A stretch of 64,000 nt of DNA from positions 1-64,000 of IMG/VR virus record IMGVR_UViG_3300005530_000004; one strand, 5' to 3'. The first letter of the stretch is position 1. Every line of letters begins with the position of its first letter. Origin of the DNA: a virus. Below the pieces are notes generated by a model that did not search any database, was not told where the DNA came from, and saw only the letters and a list, made by a program, of their open reading frames with translations. This document shows positions 38,786 to 47,947 of this stretch, in pieces. The position numbers and the translations under genes are program-made.

Positions 38786-41662
38786 ATGTCCTCAATAAAT
38801 CTTGAGAATGTAAATGTACTCGCAGAATTTGAGCATTATAAAATAAAATTTGAATTTACTGGTGACTCCGATGAGTTAAAGACTACTTGTCCATTTCATT
38901 TGGATGAAAATCCTTCTTGCTTTGTTAATATAAGCAAGAAATCTTTTTGCTGCCATACCGCCGGGTGTGAAAAGCACGGCGAGATTATATCATTTCTTGC
39001 AGCAAAGACCAAAATATCTCGTGCGCAAATTGTAATTGAATTAGCACAGAGATATTCTCTTGATGGCGAAGAACAACAAGTAATTGATTTTCGTACTGTA
39101 GAAAGATTCTACGCTACGGAAATGCCAGAGATATTGCGCAATGAACTCTATAAAAGAGGAATCACAGACGAAGATATTAAGTTTCATAGAATAGGTTATG
39201 ATATATCAACAAAAAGAATTACAATACCTATTCGCAATCGTGAAGGTTTATTTGTTAATGTTCGCAAATATTTACCTGGCGCACCTGGAGCAGAAAAATT
39301 CAAAAATAGCAAAGGGCACGGTAAAGTAAGATTATGTCCTGTAGAACAATTAAAATATGAAACACTAATACTTTGTGGGGGAGAAATAAAAGCATTTGTT
39401 GCTGCAAGGCTAGCTAATCCACATAATGTTGGCGCAATTAGTGCAACTTGCGGAGAAGATAATTGGTCCAAAGAACTTACTGAAAACTTTATTGGTAAGC
39501 ATATAATTATATGCTTTGATATTGATGAGGCAGGTAAAAATGCTGCTTTGTTACGTGCAAGAATATTGTACAAAGTAGCTGCAAGCGTTAGAATTCTAAC
39601 GCTGCCGTTAAGCAGAGATAAATATCCAAAAGGCGATATAAATGATTACGTAGGACAAGAAGGCAAAACTGATATAATCGAATTATTATCTAATGAAGAA
39701 CTGTGCAAAGTATATGCACCAGTATTTACTAAGATATTAGATAATACAGAAGAGCCAGTTAAACTGCACTTATCGGAAGCTATTGCAGCCAAGAATGTTG
39801 GAAGTAGAATACAAATAAGCTCTGTTTTATCTAGCATAGATACAGCACCATTTGTTATTCCTAAAAATACATTTGCTTCGTGCGATCGCTCTCAAAAAGT
39901 ATGTAATATTTGTTCTATCTTTAGAAATAAAGAGAATGATTTATATGACCTAAATCCAGAAAGTAGTAATCTACTAGAGCTTGTGCATTCGAGAAAAAAT
40001 GCACATAGAGATGCTTTAATGGAATCATTGGGCATACCTAAAAAATGTCCGATTGTTGAATTCCATACAAACAATTTCTATAATTATGAAGATGCAAGAA
40101 TCTCTCCGCAGCTTGAAATTACAGATCGAGCTACAGATAGATTCTTACAGCCAAGTTTAATATTGTCTGATGATACAAATAAACTTGAACTAAATGAATC
40201 TTATGAACTTACCGGCAGAAATTGGCCGCATCCTCATTCACAACAATCTACGTTAATATTGTCTGAATATAAACAGACTACAGATGCTCTTAGTAATTAT
40301 AAACTAACGGATGAATATAAAGAAAAGCTAAAAATATTTCAGCCAGAGAACGACATTAATGACAAGTTAAATTCCATATATGCAGATTTATCCAGCAATG
40401 TAACAAGAATATTTGCTAGAGAACCTTTGCATTTAGCTGTTGACTTAGCATTTCATTCACCATTATTCTTGAACTTCGATAAAGAGCAAGTAAAAGGTTG
40501 GCTTGAAATATTAATTCTCGGAGATTCTGCGCAAGGTAAATCAAAAGTAAGTACAGGTCTTCGAGAATTTTATGGTCTCGGTGAAAAAATAGAAAGTAAA
40601 AATGCAACTATTGCTGGATTACTAGGTGGACTTCAAAAAACCGGCGATAGATGGTTTGTTACTTGGGGAATATTCCCTAACATGGATAAAAGACTTGTTA
40701 TCCTTGAAGAATTAAAAGGGATGCCGCAAGAAACATTTGCTAAATTAACGGATATGCGAAGTAGTGGGCTTGCAGAAATACCAAAAATTGAAAAACGAAG
40801 AACTCACGCAAGAACTAGACTAATTGCAATATCAAATACTAGATCAGGAAGAGAGTTAGCTGGATATGTTTATGGAGTTAAAGCTGTAGAAGAGTTAATT
40901 GGAAGTATAGAAGATGTAAGAAGGTTTGACTTAGCATTAATATTGTCTAATAAAGATGTTCCTCAAGAATTAATCAATATACCTTCTGAAAAACGAGAGA
41001 ACATCGAGCATAAATATACAAGTGATTTATGCAGAAATTTAATATTGTGGGCATGGACCGCAGAATGTAATTTTGACTTAGAAGCAGTAGAATTAATATT
41101 CAGTGCTGCAAATGAACTACCAAACTTATTTCACGATTCTATACCATTAATAGATAAAGGCTCAACTAGACATAAAATAGCCAGACTCGCAGCGGCATTG
41201 GCTGCAAGGTTATTTTCACATTGTGAAACTGGAAACTACAATATACTTGTCAAGAAGATTCATGTTGAGCATATAATTAAGTTTATAAAAGAAGTATACT
41301 CTACAGCATCTTTTGGCTACGATAAATACACCGAAGCAATAATAGAGTCTGGTAGACTGCTTGACGAGAAACAAATCATCCATGAATTTACAAATATGGA
41401 TGATCCAAAAGCTTTCTGTAGAAAATTACTTAACACTAATAGTATGGATCAAGTTGATGTTGCAGATTTCTCCGGATCAGATAGAGAAACAGCAAATAAT
41501 CTTGTAGGTATGTTAGTAAGAAAGAATGCAATATTTAGAGCTGGTGGAAGATATTTCAAAAATCCAGAGTTCATTACCAAATTAAGATATTGGGAAGGTA
41601 ACGGCGTCTTAAATACTAAACCAGACTACCTAAAGAAAAAGAAACCAGAGGAGAAATTCTGA
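38786..41662 (+). CDS. primase-helicase: CHC2 Zn finger + Toprim + MCM-family helicase
   Basis: CPFHLDENPSC..CHTAGC; ICFDIDEAG; KGDINDY; GDSAQGKS; LVILEELKGM; RRFDL. Confidence 0.9.
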   Translation: MSSINLENVNVLAEFEHYKIKFEFTGDSDELKTTCPFHLDENPSCFVNISKKSFCCHTAGCEKHGEIISFLAAKTKISRAQIVIELAQRYSLDGEEQQVIDFRTVERFYATEMPEILRNELYKRGITDEDIKFHRIGYDISTKRITIPIRNREGLFVNVRKYLPGAPGAEKFKNSKGHGKVRLCPVEQLKYETLILCGGEIKAFVAARLANPHNVGAISATCGEDNWSKELTENFIGKHIIICFDIDEAGKNAALLRARILYKVAASVRILTLPLSRDKYPKGDINDYVGQEGKTDIIELLSNEELCKVYAPVFTKILDNTEEPVKLHLSEAIAAKNVGSRIQISSVLSSIDTAPFVIPKNTFASCDRSQKVCNICSIFRNKENDLYDLNPESSNLLELVHSRKNAHRDALMESLGIPKKCPIVEFHTNNFYNYEDARISPQLEITDRATDRFLQPSLILSDDTNKLELNESYELTGRNWPHPHSQQSTLILSEYKQTTDALSNYKLTDEYKEKLKIFQPENDINDKLNSIYADLSSNVTRIFAREPLHLAVDLAFHSPLFLNFDKEQVKGWLEILILGDSAQGKSKVSTGLREFYGLGEKIESKNATIAGLLGGLQKTGDRWFVTWGIFPNMDKRLVILEELKGMPQETFAKLTDMRSSGLAEIPKIEKRRTHARTRLIAISNTRSGRELAGYVYGVKAVEELIGSIEDVRRFDLALILSNKDVPQELINIPSEKRENIEHKYTSDLCRNLILWAWTAECNFDLEAVELIFSAANELPNLFHDSIPLIDKGSTRHKIARLAAALAARLFSHCETGNYNILVKKIHVEHIIKFIKEVYSTASFGYDKYTEAIIESGRLLDEKQIIHEFTNMDDPKAFCRKLLNTNSMDQVDVADFSGSDRETANNLVGMLVRKNAIFRAGGRYFKNPEFITKLRYWEGNGVLNTKPDYLKKKKPEEKF
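41635..41660 (+). repeat. 26-bp direct repeat, copy 1 (copy 2 at 42147-42172)
   Basis: GAAAAAGAAACCAGAGGAGAAATTCT identical in both. Confidence 0.9.
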
Positions 41663-41847
41663 TGCCAAGGTCAGAAAGTTTAACATTTACTGATGTATCA
41701 GAATTTGAAATGAATTCAATTCGTTCGTGGGTTGGTAGAAAAGAACAATCATTATTTATGGGCGAGCTACATCGTGAACGACTACTAAAAGAAATTGATC
41801 GTTTAAATAATTTACTTGAAGAAGTGTCTACTGTCTATAAGGATTAA
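41662..41847 (+). CDS. hypothetical protein
   Basis: GAGGAG RBS; TGATG coupling. Confidence 0.6.
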   Translation: MPRSESLTFTDVSEFEMNSIRSWVGRKEQSLFMGELHRERLLKEIDRLNNLLEEVSTVYKD

Positions 41848-41853
41848 ATTCTG

Positions 41854-42174
41854 ATGGGATTCTATATTAATCCACCAAATGAAACTAAAGAATCTTTCTT
41901 AAAAAGAGAAGGTCTACCTATTGAATATCCATTCACTTGGGATGATATTTTAGATGATTATCTTCCTGTAATATTAATAAATAATGGTGTATTTAATGCT
42001 GCTGGAATTGCATATTGTGAAGATAAATTAAATGTTTTTTGTGATCCACGTGATCCTAGACCAAAAAAATATTTTGTTGTTAAAATAGATAAACTATATG
42101 ATGTTTCGCCAATACCAACGGATTTTGTATCTAAAAATTCAATAATGAAAAAGAAACCAGAGGAGAAATTCTAA
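41854..42174 (+). CDS. hypothetical phage protein
   Basis: MGFYIN..LPVILINNG.F.AAGIAY..D.RPK. Confidence 0.7.
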   Translation: MGFYINPPNETKESFLKREGLPIEYPFTWDDILDDYLPVILINNGVFNAAGIAYCEDKLNVFCDPRDPRPKKYFVVKIDKLYDVSPIPTDFVSKNSIMKKKPEEKF

Positions 42175-42617
42175 TGAAGATGTTAATTGATGCTGTTCGT
42201 TATCAACGTGAAAAAGGTCTGAACACTAATCGACATATTATCCGTAAATTTAAAGATGATTCAGAAGCTTTAAAAGAAGCTGCCGAGATAATTCGCACAG
42301 TAGTATCTGAATGTATAGAAAGAAATCTGCCCATAGACGATGCACTTGCAGTAATGCACATTGCTACTTTAAATAATAGAACTTTAACTATCGAAGAATA
42401 CACTAGAATAATTGAAGCATCGAAAGAGAATGTAGGCCCATCATTGAATAAAATTAGACAACATGATCGAGGCAACTCTGCAAGCCTCTATAAGAAAATA
42501 GACGAGCAACATAAAACAGAATTAAATACATTACGAGAGAATCTTACGGAGAACCATAGAAAAGAGCTTGAAGCACTTAAAGATCAGCATAGAAGAGATT
42601 TGGAGAAACATATATGA
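42174..42617 (+). CDS. hypothetical protein
   Basis: ORF; RBS. Confidence 0.6.
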   Translation: MKMLIDAVRYQREKGLNTNRHIIRKFKDDSEALKEAAEIIRTVVSECIERNLPIDDALAVMHIATLNNRTLTIEEYTRIIEASKENVGPSLNKIRQHDRGNSASLYKKIDEQHKTELNTLRENLTENHRKELEALKDQHRRDLEKHI

Positions 42618-42859
42618 ACAGCATATATCTAATAAGAAATAAATCTTTTCTTGATACAAATAGATATATTGCAATCTGCGCAAAAGATAGAGTTGATGCA
42701 GTTAGAATATTGCTGGAAACTTGTGGTTTAATAGTCAAAAATTGTCCTCATCCAGATATAGAAAGACTAGAAGGATTGAATTCTGGTTCGCATACAATTT
42801 ATCGTGTATACTTGAATGATTCAAACCATACACAATTAGAGTTTCTGGTGACAGGATAA
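42614..42859 (+). CDS. hypothetical protein
   Basis: ORF; ATGA overlap. Confidence 0.55.
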   Translation: MNSIYLIRNKSFLDTNRYIAICAKDRVDAVRILLETCGLIVKNCPHPDIERLEGLNSGSHTIYRVYLNDSNHTQLEFLVTG

Positions 42860-42864
42860 TAGCT

Positions 42865-43122
42865 ATGAACGAATACATCCTTAGTCTATATTGTTATGGC
42901 AAGTTAAGACCAAATCAAGAATTACATATAAGGAATGATAGGGCATCAAATTCAAAGGATATAATTCTTGAAATATATGATTATGATTATAAAACATATA
43001 GATCATATAGAGCCTTTAGACGTGTACCAATAGAACAATTAAAGCTGTCTACTATTGATCTTATTGAATATACAATAAACAATATGCTTGAAGAGATAGA
43101 AAAAGAATATGAAAAACGCTAA
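42865..43122 (+). CDS. hypothetical protein
   Basis: ORF. Confidence 0.55.
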   Translation: MNEYILSLYCYGKLRPNQELHIRNDRASNSKDIILEIYDYDYKTYRSYRAFRRVPIEQLKLSTIDLIEYTINNMLEEIEKEYEKR

Positions 43123-43405
43123 AAACAACAAACATAAAAATAATGCTAAAAACAACGCTAAAAACAACGCTAAAAACATTCGTCAAGCCTATAACGAACT
43201 AGAAAATCGTTATAGGCTTCTTGCAGATGCACATTTAATTCTGCAACGCACAATGAAGCTGATACTAATATCTCAGAAACAAAGTCCGCCTATGCTTTCT
43301 TATTCAAATAAAGAAGCAGAATATTACACTCTCCATGAATTAGATGATATGCGATTACAAGTAAGAGAAAATGAAGAATTAAATAGAATGGAGATAAGTA
43401 TTTAA
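43109..43405 (+). CDS. hypothetical protein (KNNA repeats)
   Basis: ORF. Confidence 0.55.
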   Translation: MKNAKNNKHKNNAKNNAKNNAKNIRQAYNELENRYRLLADAHLILQRTMKLILISQKQSPPMLSYSNKEAEYYTLHELDDMRLQVRENEELNRMEISI

Positions 43406-43406
43406 T

Positions 43407-45665
43407 ATGAGCGAGCCAGCACAGCAGCAATCCTTATCAGATATATTTGAAGAATTTGATAATATATTTGAGAAGAAAAAACGAAAGAAAAAAGATGTAT
43501 TCACTAAAACAATATCTGTAAAAGAAATGGAGGCTTCGCATGATATTAGATTTGCACAAGCTGCTTCTACTTCTACTTCTACTTCTACTTCTACTTCTAT
43601 TCCTAAAAGCAACGGAGGTTTAATTTGTTACAACGATTCTTATGAACGAGTTCTTCGAGGAATAATTGGTGCTGAGACAATATTTCTCGATTTAGAAACT
43701 GGCAGCTATGATCCTAAAATAACTTCATTAGATCCTTGGAAAAATTGTTGGCCAATAGGTGTAGCAATTTGTGTAGAAGAATATGGGCCAGCTTACTATA
43801 TTCCAATAAATAAAGACAACGAAAATAAAGTCTATGATCTAATATTTGCAATATTTCACCATCCAAACTGCAAGCGGTGGGTAAATCACAACGTAAAATA
43901 TGATGCTCACGTATTAAAGAATTCTGGTGGAATTACACTACCGTATTCGGTGCAGTTAATCGACACTGTAACATTGTCTAAACTTATTGATTCAGATAGA
44001 TTTAGATATGGCTTGGATATATTATCAAAAGATTGGTTAGACGAAGATATATCACAATATGAACTTGCATTCAAACCATACTTACATAAAAATAAAGACT
44101 ACTCTGTAATACCAGTAGATATTATTGGGCCATATGCTTGTCAAGATGTTATTACAAATAGGAAGTTATATAAATATATTTGTGAGAATCTCCCAGAAGA
44201 GTGCTATTTTGTTCGTGATATAGAAATAGAATTGACAAGAGTTCTATTTGATATTGAACAAAATGGAATGCGAATAGATCCAGACAGTTTGCAGATAACA
44301 GAGGTTCTTAACTATAAAAAACTAATAGAAATAGAAGAAGAACTAGAACGCATTACGGGCAGGATTTTCCGTCCGCATACAAATGCAGATTGCTTTGACA
44401 TTATATGTAACTTTTATGGTTTACCAGTTCTTAAATGGACAAATCAATCTGATGATGAAGAAGTAGAAGTAGATGAAGCGGAAAATGAAGATGAAGGAAA
44501 AAAAGGAAAAGGTGGTCCAAGTTTCGACAAGTTTGCTTTAACAGCATATTTATCTCATCCGACTGTACTAACAAACCCAAATATAAGACGGGTAATAGAA
44601 TTAATATCTGAATACAGGAAGAAAAATACATTCAACAATCTATTTGTTAAAAAATATAGGGAATTGGCAAGTGGAAATTTGTTACATCCATCTTACAATC
44701 AATGTGTACGATCTGGAAGATTGTCCTGCAAGCATCCAAATGCGCAGCAATTAAATGAAGAAGCTAAAGAGTTGATATTGCCGTATGGTAATGAAGGTAA
44801 TGAAGTATTCGTATCGTATGACTTTTCGCAAATTGAATATAGGACAATTGCACATTATATTGAAAGTCCATTATTATTAGATAAATATAATAATGATCCA
44901 GACGTTGATTTCCATGAGTTCGTTGCTGAATTAGTTAGAGAACAAACTGGCCTTGAAGGAATGACAAGAAAGGGTGGTAAAACTTTAAACTTCGGTTTAG
45001 GTTTTAATATGGGGAAGGCAAAGCTATTAAAATCTTTGCGTGGCGTTAAAGATTTAATGGACAGTTTATCAAAAGAAATAGATGAAGCCGGGGTTCCTGA
45101 AAACGAAAAAGAATCTGTATTTGCACGAGAATCAGAAAAACGCGCAGAGGCAGTATTCAATGCTTATCATAGAACTTTTCCAGAAATGAAAAGAACGTCT
45201 CGACAAGCACAAGCAGTTTGCGAACAACGTGGATACATCAGAAATCTATACAATAGACGAAGACACTTAAATAAGCAATTTGCATATAAAGCTTTCAATA
45301 CAATAAATCAAGCCAGTGCTGCTGATTTGATGAAGGCAGCTATGGTTAAAATTGGTAAATTACTTAGAGATTGTAATGAAAATAGCAGCAAAATCCGTAT
45401 TGTTGCTGATGTTCACGATGAAATATTATTCTCCATGCCAAAGCAGCTTGCAGAAGATGAACGAATTACACATACTATTGCATATATTCTTGAACATCCT
45501 ACTTTACCGAATAATATAGATGGAACAGAAAAGAAGTTGCTTGTTCCAATTCGTGTCTCAATGGGGATAGGTAATAATTGGAAAGAAGCCAGTAAATCTG
45601 CCAGAGTTTACAATTACGATAAAGCAGTAAGCGTTGAAGAGTTTAAGGAGATAATCAATGGATAA
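43407..45665 (+). CDS. polA: DNA polymerase family A with 3'-5' exonuclease
   Basis: FLDLET, HNVKYD, YACQD, SGRLSCKHPNAQQ, YDFSQIEYR, RKGGKTLNFG, NTINQASAAD, VHDEI. Confidence 0.96.
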   Translation: MSEPAQQQSLSDIFEEFDNIFEKKKRKKKDVFTKTISVKEMEASHDIRFAQAASTSTSTSTSTSIPKSNGGLICYNDSYERVLRGIIGAETIFLDLETGSYDPKITSLDPWKNCWPIGVAICVEEYGPAYYIPINKDNENKVYDLIFAIFHHPNCKRWVNHNVKYDAHVLKNSGGITLPYSVQLIDTVTLSKLIDSDRFRYGLDILSKDWLDEDISQYELAFKPYLHKNKDYSVIPVDIIGPYACQDVITNRKLYKYICENLPEECYFVRDIEIELTRVLFDIEQNGMRIDPDSLQITEVLNYKKLIEIEEELERITGRIFRPHTNADCFDIICNFYGLPVLKWTNQSDDEEVEVDEAENEDEGKKGKGGPSFDKFALTAYLSHPTVLTNPNIRRVIELISEYRKKNTFNNLFVKKYRELASGNLLHPSYNQCVRSGRLSCKHPNAQQLNEEAKELILPYGNEGNEVFVSYDFSQIEYRTIAHYIESPLLLDKYNNDPDVDFHEFVAELVREQTGLEGMTRKGGKTLNFGLGFNMGKAKLLKSLRGVKDLMDSLSKEIDEAGVPENEKESVFARESEKRAEAVFNAYHRTFPEMKRTSRQAQAVCEQRGYIRNLYNRRRHLNKQFAYKAFNTINQASAADLMKAAMVKIGKLLRDCNENSSKIRIVADVHDEILFSMPKQLAEDERITHTIAYILEHPTLPNNIDGTEKKLLVPIRVSMGIGNNWKEASKSARVYNYDKAVSVEEFKEIING

Positions 45666-45855
45666 ACAAAATCAGCAATATAAAGCATATCTCGGCGATA
45701 GCGTCTACATAGATTTCGATGGATATGGTTTAGTATTAACGACTGAAAATGGTATAGAAACAACAAATAGAATTTATCTTGAACCAGAAGTATTCAATAA
45801 ATTAGAAGTGTATGTTAAAGAATTAAAGAAACAATTATTAGATGCGAGAGATTAA
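45658..45855 (+). CDS. hypothetical phage protein
   Basis: YLGDSVY.DFDG..LTTENG..NRIYLEPEV. Confidence 0.75.
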   Translation: MDKQNQQYKAYLGDSVYIDFDGYGLVLTTENGIETTNRIYLEPEVFNKLEVYVKELKKQLLDARD

Positions 45856-45915
45856 ATAATGTATTTTTAAGTTTTTGGGGAAAGCTAGGGAATTAGCCGA
45901 TATATGTACACTATA

Positions 45916-45929
45916 TGTACATTTGTACA
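45916..45929. promoter_or_regulatory. TGTAC-N4-GTACA palindromic operator candidate
   Basis: lies within a cluster of four TGTACA (45905-45944); second copy at 63465-63478. Confidence 0.4.
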
Positions 45930-46107
45930 CTATTTTACTGTACATTTGTCTATCTATCAAGAAAATAATATTTGGAAAATAAGAAAAATTTCCTGCTAAA
46001 CAAAGTCAATTTTCTCGGGATTTTCAACAAAATATATTTGACAACGCAAGTATCATACCGGGAATGGTATTTGCGTCGCGGGCGCGGCCGCGCGAAGTAA
46101 CACTGTC

Positions 46108-46200
46108 TCGGCGGATCGTCGGGCGACCGACGATCCGCCGACGATCCGCCGACGATCCGCCGACGATTCGGCCCGCTGCGCTCGATTAAATCGAGCGCAG
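46108..46200 (+). repeat. GC-rich hairpins and 11-bp tandem repeat (CCGACGATCCG x4)
   Basis: 15-bp stem with GCGA loop at 46108-46141; repeats at 46127-46170; 11-bp stem at 46176-46200. Confidence 0.85.
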
Positions 46201-46240
46201 CACTTGCAAAAGATTCCTCAAAATAATCGTGGCAAGAGTA

Positions 46241-46269
46241 TTGACTTGCCGAATGAATCATGGAATACT
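46241..46269 (+). promoter_or_regulatory. putative sigma70 early promoter
   Basis: TTGACT-17-AATACT with TG extended -10. Confidence 0.5.
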
Positions 46270-46288
46270 TCACCTAGTTGATTGATTG

Positions 46289-46302
46289 TGCTCTTTGAAA
46301 AC
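46289..46302 (+). promoter_or_regulatory. rrn-type boxA antitermination element
   Basis: TGCTCTTTGAAAAC about 15 nt after the predicted +1; resembles boxA (E. coli TGCTCTTTAACA). Confidence 0.6.
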
Positions 46303-46375
46303 TTGGTTAGCGCGGCAACGGTTCGACGGAGCTAGCTCCGTCCCTGCCTAATCAAGCTTGCAAGCCGCGTACACA

Positions 46376-46762
46376 ACCACTAGGCGTTTTATTGTGCGGC
46401 GTCGTGTTCAACAGGGCAACAGGGCAATGGTCGCCAAACAACACGACAACCACAATAAAACGGAGAGAACAAAGTGAACAAATACTTTGTAATTTGGACC
46501 TACGTTGCGAATTACGGAAACTTGGAAGTCTTCGCCGATAGTGCGGAAGAAGCTTCCAAGATCGTGCTTAGCTCTTTCAGCACTGATTTCTCGGAACGCG
46601 GAACGGTCTATGTTTTTTCCGAGCCGGAGTACATTTACAACGGCCGCGAAGAAACGAAAAAGCGGAAGCAACAGAAAATCCAACAGGATATTGATAACAG
46701 ACTCAGCCGATAAGCAACACGACAACACGACATGGACGCCGCACAATAAAACGCCTAGTGGT
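46376..46762 (+). repeat. 28-bp perfect inverted repeat enclosing gene 46474-46713
   Basis: 46376-46403 is the reverse complement of 46735-46762. Confidence 0.95.
46474..46713 (+). CDS. hypothetical early protein
   Basis: GGAG RBS + GTG; LEVFADSAEEA motif. Confidence 0.7.
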   Translation: MNKYFVIWTYVANYGNLEVFADSAEEASKIVLSSFSTDFSERGTVYVFSEPEYIYNGREETKKRKQQKIQQDIDNRLSR

Positions 46763-46768
46763 AACAAG

Positions 46769-47133
46769 TAGCTCACCAGTGATTTAATCCTGCCCTGTTG
46801 ATTGTGTATCAAACGCCAAACAACACGACAACACGACAACACGAAGGATACAATAAAATGACATTGGCTAAAAAGCGTTTCGACGACAATGAAATCGTGA
46901 AAGAACACGAGCTGCCCTATCGACCATTCCGTGTCTCAGCCTCTTTGGAGAGTTTTTTTCTGCGGCTTGATGCCGCACAAATGACGCGCGAGAAATTAGA
47001 GTCTATCCAGACTCTAATCTGGCAAAAGCGCAAGGTAGAACACGATCTATGTTCCGCCGTGCAAAATGTTTTGAGGGGGCAATCTCGATAACAGGGCAAC
47101 ATAACAGGGCAGGATTAAATCACTGATGAGCTA
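46769..47133 (+). repeat. 32-bp inverted repeat enclosing gene 46858-47091
   Basis: 46769-46800 vs 47102-47133; one C.A mismatch and a terminal G.U. Confidence 0.95.
46858..47091 (+). CDS. hypothetical early protein
   Basis: AAGGA + ACAATAAAATG start context. Confidence 0.65.
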   Translation: MTLAKKRFDDNEIVKEHELPYRPFRVSASLESFFLRLDAAQMTREKLESIQTLIWQKRKVEHDLCSAVQNVLRGQSR

Positions 47134-47148
47134 GCAATCGTGCAACTA

Positions 47149-47194
47149 ATTCGGTAAATTCTCGCGCCGAATAAACTAACAATAAATGCGAGAA
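47149..47194 (+). promoter_or_regulatory. H-type RNA pseudoknot in leader
   Basis: S1 ATTCGGT/GCCGAAT, S2 TTCTCGC/GCGAGAA. Confidence 0.6.
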
Positions 47195-47219
47195 AACACT
47201 TTGTTTTGGAGACTGTACA

Positions 47220-47909
47220 GTGTCAACCACCCACAAGAATGCCCCCGCCAATCGTGACTCCGCGAAAGTTTCTGATCGGCCAGCCGAACAGAAAACCGAA
47301 ACGGCCACGACGACGGAAAAGAGGCGTGGTCGTCCGGCCGGAAACGGCGAGAAAAAGCAAACCGGGAAAATCAAATATCCCGGAGTTGCGAACGGGGAAA
47401 AACTCTCCGTCGTGCCGACGGATTTCGACCCCGCCAAACACAAGCGATTATCTGCGGACAATTTCACTTCACCCGCGCTTTTTGACGCGCACAAGGCGAA
47501 GCATTCCAAGCCGCGAAATTTCCACCCATTGCTTTTGAATGAGGCGGGCGAACCGGAAAACAAATTGTCGGAATTCCCTTCTGATGTTTCGGTCGAAGTG
47601 AGTTACGATTATTCGCTTAACGGCGAAAAGATCGTCGCTTTCCGCCCGCGTCATTTTTCGGATCGTCGTGCGCTTGCAAAAGCTCTGGTTCCCGCGCTGC
47701 AAAAGCAAATCGCCGCGCTGGAAAAAATCAGCACGATGACGGACGATCAAATCGAAAAACTCGGCCGCAAGGAAGAGTTGAAGCGCGGCATCGAGAAGAA
47801 AATCAAGGAAGCGACCGGATCGACAATCAGCATGGAGATGCTCGAAAAGATGCTCGCAACTCTTCCGCCGGAGATGCAAGAAAAGTATGCTGCGGCGACG
47901 GCGGGCTAG
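47220..47909 (+). CDS. basic early protein with AT-hook-like motif
   Basis: GGAG RBS + GTG; KRRGRPAG; GC-rich codons; followed by a terminator. Confidence 0.8.
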   Translation: MSTTHKNAPANRDSAKVSDRPAEQKTETATTTEKRRGRPAGNGEKKQTGKIKYPGVANGEKLSVVPTDFDPAKHKRLSADNFTSPALFDAHKAKHSKPRNFHPLLLNEAGEPENKLSEFPSDVSVEVSYDYSLNGEKIVAFRPRHFSDRRALAKALVPALQKQIAALEKISTMTDDQIEKLGRKEELKRGIEKKIKEATGSTISMEMLEKMLATLPPEMQEKYAAATAG

Positions 47910-47947
47910 TTGCTTGCGAATTACTTGTTTGGCGACAAGTTTTCTCG

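Noticed and set aside
45880-45904. Sigma-28 promoter (GCCGATAT)
   Set aside because: A good -10-like octamer, but no TAAA-type -35 at the proper spacing.
46038-46066. Promoter at perfect TTGACA
   Set aside because: No credible -10 at 16-18 bp spacing.
46376-47133. IS/MITE terminal inverted repeats or a shufflon
   Set aside because: No transposase or invertase, no target-site duplications, and the two repeat pairs are unrelated to each other. Inversion remains testable from reads.
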